Below the pieces are notes generated by a model. The model made no database searches, was not told the origin of the DNA, and saw only the letters and a program-made list of their open reading frames with translations. Below are positions 28,607 to 37,983 of a stretch of 60,850 bases of DNA, in pieces; position 1 is the stretch's first letter; each line of letters begins with the position of its first letter. Source of the stretch: Candidatus Thorarchaeota archaeon (lineage in GTDB: Archaea; Asgardarchaeota; Thorarchaeia; Thorarchaeales; Thorarchaeaceae). A program made the translations under genes and the position numbers. The stretch is taken from contig JBHLQH010000021.1 of assembly GCA_048884965.1 (NCBI GenBank), positions 1-60,850 of the forward strand, in the 5' to 3' direction.

Positions 28607-29428
28607 TCAAATTGAACAGAGGTCCACAAGCTGATCTTTTTGATGGTCGGTTCCAAATACCTGAATTCGCTCAGGTAGAGCTTCACCAAGTCCCAGATCA
28701 TAAGCTTTCCGAATATAGTCTATCTTCATTGGATCAAAGCCAAGGATATGAGCACAGTAGGCATCAACTGCGACAGCATCAGTTCCGATGATGATCCCAC
28801 CGACTTGGTGGATTTTGGGATCTGCTCGGTCACCTTCAATCAAATAGGTCAAGTCGATGATATTCAGTTTAGGTTTGAAGAAGGTTAATAGATCAACCAA
28901 TACATCTGAGAGGTGATTATGCCATTTTGCTTTATCCTTCTCAGGCAAGAGGCCAAATAGGTTTTTGATCCCAGCACCAATGCCTATCCGCTCTTGAGGC
29001 TTAACGGTGGCTAAATTGACGAGAAACTCATTCTCTAGTAAAATACATGGCAGCTGTATTGTTTTCAAGAAATGACCGGGCAGTTCACTTGCCTTCAGTG
29101 CTTCCTTGGAGAGGTTGACGACCTTCACACCTTCCTTCACGAAGGCACTATAGTTGCAGCCATTAAATGCTTCCTCAGCAGTCCTGATAGGATTGTCCGA
29201 TTCCACAAGGTATATTGGTGCCACTGCTTTGAAGAATTCCACAACTGCTTTGACCATTCCGAATGAGGTGTTTCCAGGAAGATTCGGATCGTAAATCGAT
29301 GGTTTGATGATAATATTCTTAGTAGAAGGAGAGATGGGAACAGGATTGGGCAACTTTGAGATAGCTGTCCGTAAGGCATCACTTTGGGTCTTTCGAACAG
29401 CCACTGAAACATAGGATGTGAAAGTCAT
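28607..29428 (-). CDS. DUF362-domain protein
   Basis: IIIKPS, VNLATVK, GIKNLFG, GTDAVAVDA. Confidence 0.75.
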   Translation of the reverse strand: MTFTSYVSVAVRKTQSDALRTAISKLPNPVPISPSTKNIIIKPSIYDPNLPGNTSFGMVKAVVEFFKAVAPIYLVESDNPIRTAEEAFNGCNYSAFVKEGVKVVNLSKEALKASELPGHFLKTIQLPCILLENEFLVNLATVKPQERIGIGAGIKNLFGLLPEKDKAKWHNHLSDVLVDLLTFFKPKLNIIDLTYLIEGDRADPKIHQVGGIIIGTDAVAVDAYCAHILGFDPMKIDYIRKAYDLGLGEALPERIQVFGTDHQKDQLVDLCSI

Positions 29429-29436
29429 TGTATTAT

Positions 29437-30381
29437 TTACCCACCGAAGAAGAGCCTACGAGCTCTTCGTCTGCGTTCCTCTTCGCTCTCCTCAGTATCT
29501 GGAGGTGGAGGAGGCGGAGGGGGAGATACAGATTCTATATCCTCATCGTCCTCGATACTCTCTTCATCTTCCAAAGAGCTTGGTGATGGTTCATCCATCG
29601 GACTCCAGACCTTAGCAGGTTTTGAGGTTTCATCATCAGCGGGAGATACTGGTTCCTCAAATGATGAATCATCAATAGGAGGTTCAACTGTTTCTTCCCA
29701 GGAGTATTTGGGGCGTATGACACTAATCTCTTCCTTTACCTCAGCAGGGGGTTCAGGAACATAGACATCTTCGGAAGATTCGAAGGAGTCAAGGTCTTCG
29801 GTATCTTCGATTTCATCAGGGGTCGAATCGATGATTAGGTGGTCGGGTTCGACTAATTCGAAATCGGATGAGAATTCTCTTGCACCACCATCTACATGGG
29901 TGTCATCTTCTACAGATCCTTCCATTATGCCCATTGAGTCTATACTAACAGACCCATCTTCTAGTGCTGGGGCAGGTGTCACTGCTATATCGGGAGAATC
30001 CGAATCAGATTCAATAGTGATTGATACTTCAGCTTCTACTTCGAATCCTTCAGGTTCTAGGACTATATCAGGAGGTGTTGTTTCAAAATCATCTGAGGGC
30101 AGTTCATCATCTTCAATATCTTCTTCTTCAAAGGAATCATCTAGGATAGGACCTTCAAGAATGTCCTCCTCGACATCGGAGTCAAATTTCAATCCAAGTT
30201 CCTTGTGCAAGCAGCTCTCACAGCGTTTTGCGGCGGCAACCAATCCATCGTATATGAAATCTTCCAAGGATTTTGCTCGATCTTTGTTAACCCTTGACCA
30301 CTTCAGGAAGGAATCAACCATTCTTAGAGCGTCTCTAACTCCCATCCAATAGTCATCGGACCTTTTATTATCTGGACTCAT
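29437..30381 (-). CDS. Acidic, largely disordered protein with an N-terminal helical domain, a Pro8 run and a basic C-terminal helix
   Basis: Folded-looking N-terminus (DYWMGVRDALRMVDSFLKW...CESC), long D/E/P/S-rich region, SPPPPPPPPDTEESEEERRRRARRLFFGG end. Confidence 0.8.
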   Translation of the reverse strand: MSPDNKRSDDYWMGVRDALRMVDSFLKWSRVNKDRAKSLEDFIYDGLVAAAKRCESCLHKELGLKFDSDVEEDILEGPILDDSFEEEDIEDDELPSDDFETTPPDIVLEPEGFEVEAEVSITIESDSDSPDIAVTPAPALEDGSVSIDSMGIMEGSVEDDTHVDGGAREFSSDFELVEPDHLIIDSTPDEIEDTEDLDSFESSEDVYVPEPPAEVKEEISVIRPKYSWEETVEPPIDDSSFEEPVSPADDETSKPAKVWSPMDEPSPSSLEDEESIEDDEDIESVSPPPPPPPPDTEESEEERRRRARRLFFGG

Positions 30382-30447
30382 AGTAGGAACCTAGTCTTCG
30401 CTGCTCATGATTCTGAAAAAAGGCTTTCCATCATATGGGTAATACGT

Positions 30448-30972
30448 TCATTCCGATTCTGATTTATTCTTTAGCAGGAGAATCTCATTGTACAATTCAT
30501 CAAAGGTCGTCACAATCTCAAGCCGCTTGAACTTGTCAATCTCAGAATCAATGATTAATACTCGTGTTGGAACGCCACTTCCCAAGTGTTCTCGGATTTC
30601 ATTCCTATATATCGCTTCAATTTCTGGATCCGCATCTGGCATGACTATAACAACAGCATTAGCTCCAGCAAATGTTACAGAAAGAAGCATCTCTAATGCT
30701 GAATGGCGAGGGGACCAGGTCACCGCGCGTACATTTGATTCCTCAGTTTCTATCGCGGCTGTACCAATACGAATACCATCAACAGCAACAGCATTATCAT
30801 TCACAATACTCAATACCTTTTCAAGTAACTTGTCATCAGGACCAACTACGGTTACTTTGAACAAATATCGTTTCTTTGACCTCTTCCCGGCGGTCTTTTT
30901 CTTATCTGATGAAATTGTTAATCTAACCCCCAAAGGCAGGAATGAAAACTGCTTGTTGTCTATGCATCGCAT
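30448..30972 (-). CDS. Rab/Ras-fold small GTPase-like protein lacking G1/G3/G4 motifs
   Basis: YLFKVTVVG, DGIRIG, VRAVTW, FAGANAVVIV align by eye with Rab YLFKVVLIG, IGVEF, IKAQIW, YRGAVGALLV; exact start uncertain. Confidence 0.6.
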   Translation of the reverse strand: MRCIDNKQFSFLPLGVRLTISSDKKKTAGKRSKKRYLFKVTVVGPDDKLLEKVLSIVNDNAVAVDGIRIGTAAIETEESNVRAVTWSPRHSALEMLLSVTFAGANAVVIVMPDADPEIEAIYRNEIREHLGSGVPTRVLIIDSEIDKFKRLEIVTTFDELYNEILLLKNKSESE

Positions 30973-31056
30973 AGGTCCTTTTGTAGATATGTCTTACTAG
31001 CTAGTTCCTTTGATTCATGAAAACTATTAAGATGTCATCTGATTTAGAGAAGAGCG

Positions 31057-31428
31057 ATGAGAGGATATCAAGCGGTAACAATCGTTGGCATAATATTGGT
31101 AGTGGTAGGAGTCCTTATCCTGATTTCAACAGCAGGAGAATCTGAATTCTTCTTCTTTGTATTCCCCTTCTTTTTCTTTGGGAATGCAAGTAGTATAACG
31201 CCAATTTTCACAGGTATAATGATACTCTTCACACTTGTCTGCCTTTTTCAAATTCTAACATTCAAATCCGGCTTTAGCTCATTGTATGAGAATACCAAAG
31301 TGGAACGAAAATGCTCAAAATGTCAAGTTCCATTACCAGAGGGCTTTAACTACTGCCCAATATGTGGAACGCAAAGTATTGACTCTGACCAGCGGAATTG
31401 GTCCTACGATCAAGAGGATATTGAGTGA
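31057..31428 (+). CDS. Small membrane protein with a C-terminal zinc ribbon
   Basis: TM segments (FFFFVFPFFFFG), then CSKC...YCPICG. Confidence 0.75.
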   Translation: MRGYQAVTIVGIILVVVGVLILISTAGESEFFFFVFPFFFFGNASSITPIFTGIMILFTLVCLFQILTFKSGFSSLYENTKVERKCSKCQVPLPEGFNYCPICGTQSIDSDQRNWSYDQEDIE

Positions 31429-31429
31429 T

Positions 31430-31891
31430 ATGATAACAATCAGGTCTGTTGCTCTAAGGGATCTAGGGGAGATAATCAGAATTGAAGAAGAGTGCTTCCC
31501 AAATCCATGGCCAAAATCTACCTTCCTTATGTTGGCAATACGAGGAGGATCAATGGAAGATAAAGCTGGATATGTTACTATGGTTGTTTGTCAGTACAAT
31601 GATAGAATAGTTGGCTATGCGGTCTGGGAATACGAGAAGAAAACTCGAGCAGGTCATCTGCTCAATATCGCAGTGACGAGGGAATGCCAAAGACATGGAC
31701 TTGGATCACTAATGGCAAATTATGTATTAACCAATCTAAGGGAATCAAGTGCCAAAGGGTGCCGTTTAGAGGTCAGAGAGAGTAACCACACAGCAAGGAG
31801 CTTGTATGAGAAGCTTGGTATGCACTCTGTTGGAAGGTCCCCTAACTATTATGAAACAGAGGACGCACTCATCTATGAAATAGCCTTTTGA
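31430..31891 (+). CDS. rimI: RimI/Ard1-like N-terminal protein acetyltransferase
   Basis: IEEECFPNPW, HLLNIAV...QRHGLG, LEVRESN..ARSLYEKLG, YYETEDA; ATG at 31430 is in frame with ORF 31286-31891. Confidence 0.88.
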   Translation: MITIRSVALRDLGEIIRIEEECFPNPWPKSTFLMLAIRGGSMEDKAGYVTMVVCQYNDRIVGYAVWEYEKKTRAGHLLNIAVTRECQRHGLGSLMANYVLTNLRESSAKGCRLEVRESNHTARSLYEKLGMHSVGRSPNYYETEDALIYEIAF

Positions 31892-31892
31892 G

Positions 31893-34800
31893 CTACTTGA
31901 TCGCATCTGCAATGAGTTTTGGACCGAGTACATTCTTGTAAAGCCGGAGGTAGGATTCATCTCTTGATAGAATACATATAGGGGTATCCTCATTCGTTTG
32001 CCCACCAATCAATATCTCCTTGTCATCAGCTACTGCAAGTAGACTTGGAGTAGGAAGCTCCCAGATACGCCAACCCTTCAGAGTTTCAAGTTCAGGATCC
32101 TTATCCTCACTTTGAGGGATGATCAGGACTCTTCTTATCGGCGTTTTCACCTTAGCAAGCTTCTTGAGATCTAGACAATCAAGATGAGGAAGTGAAATCA
32201 CAATTGATGATTCAGCACGTGTTGACATGTCTTGAATCTGAGCACACACCTCCTCAGTGCCAGAGAGATACCAAGTTGTGGATGATGGAAGAGACCTAAC
32301 CTCTTCAGTTGCTTCCTGTATAGCAGATAGCATACCAGCTATATTCCTAGCTCCTTCCATCGCAGATGAATTTGCATCCTGTACTGATGTACTGAGCTTC
32401 ATAGTACTCTCAAGCGCGTTCTCAGACCATTCATTGAGAGATTCATTGGTTTCGCCTGAAGCTGATTTTAGCAATTCCGTTCGAGAACTCTGGAGCTTGA
32501 TGATTGCAGCAGAGATCTCACCAGAACCTGTTTTTTGAACCTCCTGAATCTGAGAGGTCGAATCATTTACTTGTGAGGACAATCCCTCAACAATCTCATA
32601 TGAAGCACTACTGAGTGCGGCCTTCATTTCTACGCCAACTGATTCGAATTTCCTCGCCGCATGCTGATTCGAAATCAATGCAGCCTGTTGAATCTGCTCA
32701 ATAGCACCATCTTGTGCCTGAGACATTTGTGCCTCAAGCTTGGAGATGAAGGTACTCATTTCATCACAGGTGGTCTTTGCGGAGGTTTCAAGGTCCAATA
32801 TACGTTGGTCTGTTTCTTCCTTGGTAGTAGCTAATCTTGCTTTGCTTTCTGTCAAAACAGTCTTTGAAACTAGGTCTGTATCCTTCAGTACTTTGTCTGG
32901 AAACTCAGACATGGAATCTATTGCTCCATTCAAGGATGTTTCACTTGTGGTTGCAAATTCATTTGCTGTTGTTCGCATTAGAGTTTCAGAGTGTTGTAGG
33001 AAGGATAGACCTACCTCCTCAAGCTGAGATATTTGGGTCTGGGATCGTTCTCTCAATCCGGTTAAAGCAACCTCAGAGGATTTACTTAGGGTTTGTTGAG
33101 CATGTATGACATCGTTGCTCATTTTGGAACCTAATGTTTCCAATGAAGCGGCCACATTGTCCATAGCTGAATCGATCCATACTGATGCCGCATCGAATGC
33201 AACAACCGTTTCAGCTCTTCTGTCCTCCATTGCAGCCATCAATTCATTGCGAGCTTTAGACCTTCCTGTTGAAGCTCCAGATTGGGTTGCTTCCAAGCTG
33301 GCATAGAATTCCTCAACCTTCTCAGTGGTTTTCTTGATATTTGCTGTCGCCAGCGTATCAAGCTTCTTACTGGTTTCCCCAAGAATCCGTTGCATTGACT
33401 CCATTTCTTCAGATAGGTAGGTGTCAACAGTATTTTTGACATTTACAGTATTCTTTGCTAGGATATCTGCTGTTTCTATTGTAATGGATTTCAGTCGCTC
33501 AGTGACATTATCTCTGGCACCTGCTACAGATACACCAAATTCACGAGATAGCTGTTGAACATTGTCTGCAAACTGCTTTACTGTACCAGTTTCTATCTCA
33601 AGAAGGCTCTCCTGTGCACTAGCCAAGGATGCTTCAATCGACGATATAGCATCCTCCATACTCTTCGAAATCTCTGTTTTCTTATCAGCAGTAAATTCAT
33701 TCAAGCTCCTCTTCAAAGCAGCTGTGGATTCTACCACAGAGTCGATGCGCATACCTATTTCAGAAGCAAACTCCTGTTGAAGCTTAATCGAATCGCTGTC
33801 AAGAGAATCCATCTCTGATTTCACAACGGTTTTGAACTCTGTATGCGCAGAAGCGATCAAATCTCGTGCTTCTACTGATTGGCTTGCTATTAGACCATTG
33901 AATGATGATTCCATGCTTTGGGTTACAGAAATGAATTGCTGAGTCATCTCTTCTATTCGTGTATGAAAGTCATTACGCATTTCTTCAGCATGTCGATCAA
34001 TTCTCGCAACCTGCTCTGTAATGCTAACATCAATCTCCTTCTGTGCACGAGTGACCTGTGAGCCTAGAGTATTCATGCTCTCAGCCAATCTACTATTTAG
34101 TCGTTGATTCAAACCCTCATAAAGCGTCTTGGCTTCATTGACCTGTTGTTGCACAGCAGTAATATGTTGTGATGATATATCAGTTAGTTTTGACTCCAAA
34201 CTGCTTTCGTATTCACTAGCAATTCGCCGAATGGATGATAAAGCAGCATCGTTCTTGGTTTCAGTTGTGGATATCACTCCAGAAAAGGATGATTTCAAGC
34301 GACTTGTGATGTTATCAGCAAGGGAATTCAGTTCAGCAGCTTCAGTATCCAAGACAGTAGATATCTCCTTGACTGCTGAATTGACTTTCTTATCAATTGC
34401 TTTCGAAGCCTTATCGCCCCATGAGACAATATTTTCTTGCAGGTTGTCATTTGTCAATTGAAGTCGTTCTTTATTTCCAGAAACCTCATTCTGTAGTAGC
34501 TCGATAATGGATGTTCGAGCTTCACTCATCAAGGTGTCAGTATCGGCAGTAAGAGTACGGGCGAGATTCCGAACTGCTTTGTATTCTTCGCCAATTGAAG
34601 CATTCATCTTGTCAATATGCCCAGAGAGCGAACTACGAACAATTTCGAGAAATGCTTTTTCAGAAGCATTAAGTTGTTCGAGTTGAGCAAGAACAGATTG
34701 CGAAGCAGTTTCCATATAGTTCGCAACCTCCTCTTTCCATTGATCGATATTTTCCGTAAAGGATGTGGTTAGACCTAGTATATCGTCGAATCTCTTCTGC

Positions 34801-35786
34801 ATATTCTCAGATTGCGATTCAGCATTTTGCTGTGCTTCTTGTGATGTTTCGTTTAGTGTTTTTCTGGAGGCAGTGAGGTTCTGTCCAAAGAGAAACTCGA
34901 AGTTGGCGGTTTTTAGCTTCAGAGCTTCTGATAGATTGGTCAACATCTCTGAAACAGCGTTTGAAGATTCTAGGGCTTTTGCTCCTAATATCGATGAGAT
35001 TTGCTCGGTGCTTTCTTGCAGCGCTTTTTCGGAGCTTTTGAGGGCTGCCTCTAGTACCTTCTTTGCACCTGCAACCAGTTTGTTTGACTTTTCGTCTACC
35101 TCCTTGATAGAGGACAACGACGCGGATTTTTCTTGAGTTAGCCACTTCGCGAATTCCTTTGATAATTTCTTGACATCAGCAGTAAGCTGCTTCTGACTTT
35201 TATCCAATTCATCCTGCAACAGAGTGAGTTTCTGTCCAATTTGATCTTCAAGGGATAAATTCAGCGAGTCAAGAGTGGTTTGCGTTCTTTGCGAATAATC
35301 ATTGAGAATTCCCGAGGTAAGTGCGGTCATGGCAGATATGTGAGTCTGTACGATATCGGCGACTTCCTTCTCATACACATCATATGCACCATTCAGCTTG
35401 TTATACCGAGACTCATTAGCCTTGGTTATAGTTCCAAGGGTTTTCTCGGTTGATTTTTGTAATTTCTGAACAGTAGATGTCGTTTCGCCTCCAATTTTCT
35501 CGGATTCGTCTATGAACCCTTCAATGACCTTAATCATTGGTAGGATTGGTGGTGTTGCTCTGTACAAAGGTACAACACTATCAATCTCTTCAACTAGCCC
35601 CTTCGTTACTAATGTCTTGAGAGGTTTAGATACACTAGTTAGAGGTTGATCAACTACCATTGATATTGCACCAGCAGTAAGATTACCACCGCGTATTAAC
35701 GGAAGCAGTATTGTCGCCTCATCCTTTGTAAGCGACAGAGTTTCTGCTAACTTTGGAATTGCTCTTATTTTCCCGCTTTTACTCAC
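31893..35786 (-). CDS. 1297-aa protein: TrmB-like wHTH, about 1050-aa alpha-helical rod, TrmB/PLD-fold C-terminal domain
   Basis: LSLTKDEATILLPL..GNLTAGAIS...LKTLVTKGLVE....PLYRATPP; TWYLSGTEEVCAQIQDMSTRAESSIVISLP...AVADDKEILIG. Confidence 0.75.
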   Translation of the reverse strand: MSKSGKIRAIPKLAETLSLTKDEATILLPLIRGGNLTAGAISMVVDQPLTSVSKPLKTLVTKGLVEEIDSVVPLYRATPPILPMIKVIEGFIDESEKIGGETTSTVQKLQKSTEKTLGTITKANESRYNKLNGAYDVYEKEVADIVQTHISAMTALTSGILNDYSQRTQTTLDSLNLSLEDQIGQKLTLLQDELDKSQKQLTADVKKLSKEFAKWLTQEKSASLSSIKEVDEKSNKLVAGAKKVLEAALKSSEKALQESTEQISSILGAKALESSNAVSEMLTNLSEALKLKTANFEFLFGQNLTASRKTLNETSQEAQQNAESQSENMQKRFDDILGLTTSFTENIDQWKEEVANYMETASQSVLAQLEQLNASEKAFLEIVRSSLSGHIDKMNASIGEEYKAVRNLARTLTADTDTLMSEARTSIIELLQNEVSGNKERLQLTNDNLQENIVSWGDKASKAIDKKVNSAVKEISTVLDTEAAELNSLADNITSRLKSSFSGVISTTETKNDAALSSIRRIASEYESSLESKLTDISSQHITAVQQQVNEAKTLYEGLNQRLNSRLAESMNTLGSQVTRAQKEIDVSITEQVARIDRHAEEMRNDFHTRIEEMTQQFISVTQSMESSFNGLIASQSVEARDLIASAHTEFKTVVKSEMDSLDSDSIKLQQEFASEIGMRIDSVVESTAALKRSLNEFTADKKTEISKSMEDAISSIEASLASAQESLLEIETGTVKQFADNVQQLSREFGVSVAGARDNVTERLKSITIETADILAKNTVNVKNTVDTYLSEEMESMQRILGETSKKLDTLATANIKKTTEKVEEFYASLEATQSGASTGRSKARNELMAAMEDRRAETVVAFDAASVWIDSAMDNVAASLETLGSKMSNDVIHAQQTLSKSSEVALTGLRERSQTQISQLEEVGLSFLQHSETLMRTTANEFATTSETSLNGAIDSMSEFPDKVLKDTDLVSKTVLTESKARLATTKEETDQRILDLETSAKTTCDEMSTFISKLEAQMSQAQDGAIEQIQQAALISNQHAARKFESVGVEMKAALSSASYEIVEGLSSQVNDSTSQIQEVQKTGSGEISAAIIKLQSSRTELLKSASGETNESLNEWSENALESTMKLSTSVQDANSSAMEGARNIAGMLSAIQEATEEVRSLPSSTTWYLSGTEEVCAQIQDMSTRAESSIVISLPHLDCLDLKKLAKVKTPIRRVLIIPQSEDKDPELETLKGWRIWELPTPSLLAVADDKEILIGGQTNEDTPICILSRDESYLRLYKNVLGPKLIADAIK

Positions 35787-35828
35787 TTTTATCCCGCCGA
35801 TATTATTTACTAACTCAAGATGTTGGTA

Positions 35829-36629
35829 TCAAGAACTAATCCTTTTCACAGAATTGAACAACTCCTGTAATTCGCTAACCAAGAGTGGATTGTTCTTTGA
35901 GTCTGAGATTATTTCAAGAATAAGTTCCGATGAGCCTTTGCTTGCTACGAACTCATGATTTGCAATAGTTGATGGAATACTATCAAGAAGCTCCTTAATT
36001 TTGTCAGATTCAGGGTTACCTTTGATTGAAAAACGAATCTCCCACCAGTTCGAAGTAATCGTTTTGACTTCAACAGGTACATTCATGAACTGGGAATAGA
36101 CCTCAGCATATTGATGAACTAAATCAAAACGCGTCAGCTGTTCATTTTCAGGATTAATGATTACAATACCTCTTGTGAAATCGAAATGGAAGACCAACTT
36201 GTCACCTGCTACAATCATCTGATCCTTACTATTTACCGCCACATAGTTTTTCCATTCTGTCTTGAACTTGGTATTGAAATGACGAATCGAGCTTACCTTC
36301 AAGGTTGCCATTAGATCCTTGATAGGCAATCTCCGATCGTTCATTCCTCTTCCCTTTCCTTCAAGGATATATCTCCTGAGTTGATCCATATAGACCGAGT
36401 AGCAGAATTCAGGAAGGTCCTGAGTTTCAACACCAAGCTCAATAAGGGTGTTGAGGAAGTTCCTATTCTTGCACGCTGGGCGAACTGTGCAGCTAAGTCG
36501 ATCTTCTTGACAGGCACGACATTTTGTCTCATGTAGTTCCATTAATTCTCTGGCCAGTTGTCGGTCTGAGGGATAATCGAGGAATTCAACTCTCTTTGCC
36601 ATTTCATCATCGTGCTTCTTTAGCTCCAT
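35829..36629 (-). CDS. Uncharacterised protein with an N-terminal Cys cluster
   Basis: HETKCRACQEDRLSCTVRPAC...PEFCY. Confidence 0.75.
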   Translation of the reverse strand: MELKKHDDEMAKRVEFLDYPSDRQLARELMELHETKCRACQEDRLSCTVRPACKNRNFLNTLIELGVETQDLPEFCYSVYMDQLRRYILEGKGRGMNDRRLPIKDLMATLKVSSIRHFNTKFKTEWKNYVAVNSKDQMIVAGDKLVFHFDFTRGIVIINPENEQLTRFDLVHQYAEVYSQFMNVPVEVKTITSNWWEIRFSIKGNPESDKIKELLDSIPSTIANHEFVASKGSSELILEIISDSKNNPLLVSELQELFNSVKRISS

Positions 36630-36795
36630 TTCAGTATCAACTCACAAGATATAATATGCATGAAACCATCAGGTAGGAGAATATCCCATTATCTAGGAAT
36701 ATTCAAGGTTCTCATTACAGGCTCTGCAATTGAACGAGATAAATCTATTCAACACGCATCTATGATTTCGACCTTTTTCAGACGTCGAAGTGAAC

Positions 36796-37884
36796 TTAGG
36801 TTTCGGTAGTGATCTTCTTGAGCTTGGAAGTCCAATCACGAATTTCCTTGTTTAGTCGTGCGATATCATTCTCGTTCAATGTCGCAGTAGGTGGATATGC
36901 TTTGAGTTCTCGTGCTCGGGTTCCAAATTGGAATAGAACTGGAGTGTGTCCCTTAATCAACAATGTAAGTTTGTCACGAACCTCCTCCAATGCTTTTGCC
37001 ATATCCTTAGCTTCTGTTTGAGGCTTTACCTTCGCGAGAAGGCTATTCATTAGGTTATCAATTGTTGAAGCATCAGCCTTTATTGTCAGCTCTTCATCAG
37101 GCTCGTCCCTCTTCTCACCTTTCTTTGGCTTCTCTCTGTCTGATTTTGGAGAGGCTATCTCAATATAGCCGCCATTTGATAATGACTTTACCACTTCCAT
37201 AGCTTCACTAATATCCTCAATCGCCTTGTTGTATTTGCGCTCGATATCGTCCAATTGTCTGACAATGATACCAACAATCTCTTTTGTTTCTGAGAATGCT
37301 GAGGACATCACGTCGACCTTTTCCTCAAGTGCTGAAAGTCCAGCTACATACTGTTGAAGGTCATCAATCTTCTTACCAAGAACCTCCGTACTATCTGAAT
37401 CTCTCAGTTGCACAATATTCGTAGCGATTTCGGAAAGAGAAGTAGAGAATGTCTGTATCCTTTCATCAAGAGAACCAATGTTTTCCGACTGATTGGAATC
37501 GTCTACCTTGGAGCCAATTTCAGTCACTGAGAGTAACAGATCATCTATCTTCTTGTAAAGTACATCCATTTCTTTTGAGGATTGGACTTCAGCAATATCG
37601 TCCGTGACTTTCTCGACTTTTGATGTAAGTTCATCGAGTTTAGAGGAAAGACTGTCGAAATCTTTCTCATCTACGGCCTTGGCGAGTGCCTCTAGTTTCT
37701 TGTCATCTTCGACCTTTTCTTTTATTGATTCGACTTCCTTCGTTAGAGAATCAATCTTTTTCATCAGGTCAGGAAAATCATCAAGGGGTTCAATGCGCTT
37801 ATTGATTTTGTCAAGTTCTTGCGCCAGTCCTTCTACTTTCTTCTCCAAATTCTTCACATTTCCTTCAGCATTATCGGAAGACAT
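36796..37884 (-). CDS. Coiled-coil protein with a C-terminal four-helix domain
   Basis: About 235 aa of heptad-like KKIDDL/KVE repeats, a charged linker and a ~90-aa helical C-domain. Confidence 0.8.
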   Translation of the reverse strand: MSSDNAEGNVKNLEKKVEGLAQELDKINKRIEPLDDFPDLMKKIDSLTKEVESIKEKVEDDKKLEALAKAVDEKDFDSLSSKLDELTSKVEKVTDDIAEVQSSKEMDVLYKKIDDLLLSVTEIGSKVDDSNQSENIGSLDERIQTFSTSLSEIATNIVQLRDSDSTEVLGKKIDDLQQYVAGLSALEEKVDVMSSAFSETKEIVGIIVRQLDDIERKYNKAIEDISEAMEVVKSLSNGGYIEIASPKSDREKPKKGEKRDEPDEELTIKADASTIDNLMNSLLAKVKPQTEAKDMAKALEEVRDKLTLLIKGHTPVLFQFGTRARELKAYPPTATLNENDIARLNKEIRDWTSKLKKITTET

Positions 37885-37983
37885 GTGCTCCCCTACTTGG
37901 CGTGTTTCTGCAAATAGAGAAGTATCGCATGTTTTTAGCCTTTCGGAGATGTAGATATTTTGAAAGAATTGAGTTTCAAGACC

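Noticed and set aside
28592-28620. DUF362 gene ends C-S-I-TGA, a CxxU-like pattern
   Set aside because: Read-through adds only four residues before another TGA, no SECIS seen, and the domain is already complete
30488-31000. 170-aa plus-strand ORF, and similar antisense ORFs such as 7458-8039 and 29831-30352
   Set aside because: Codon-register mirrors of minus-strand genes with Ser/Ile/Thr-rich composition and no motifs
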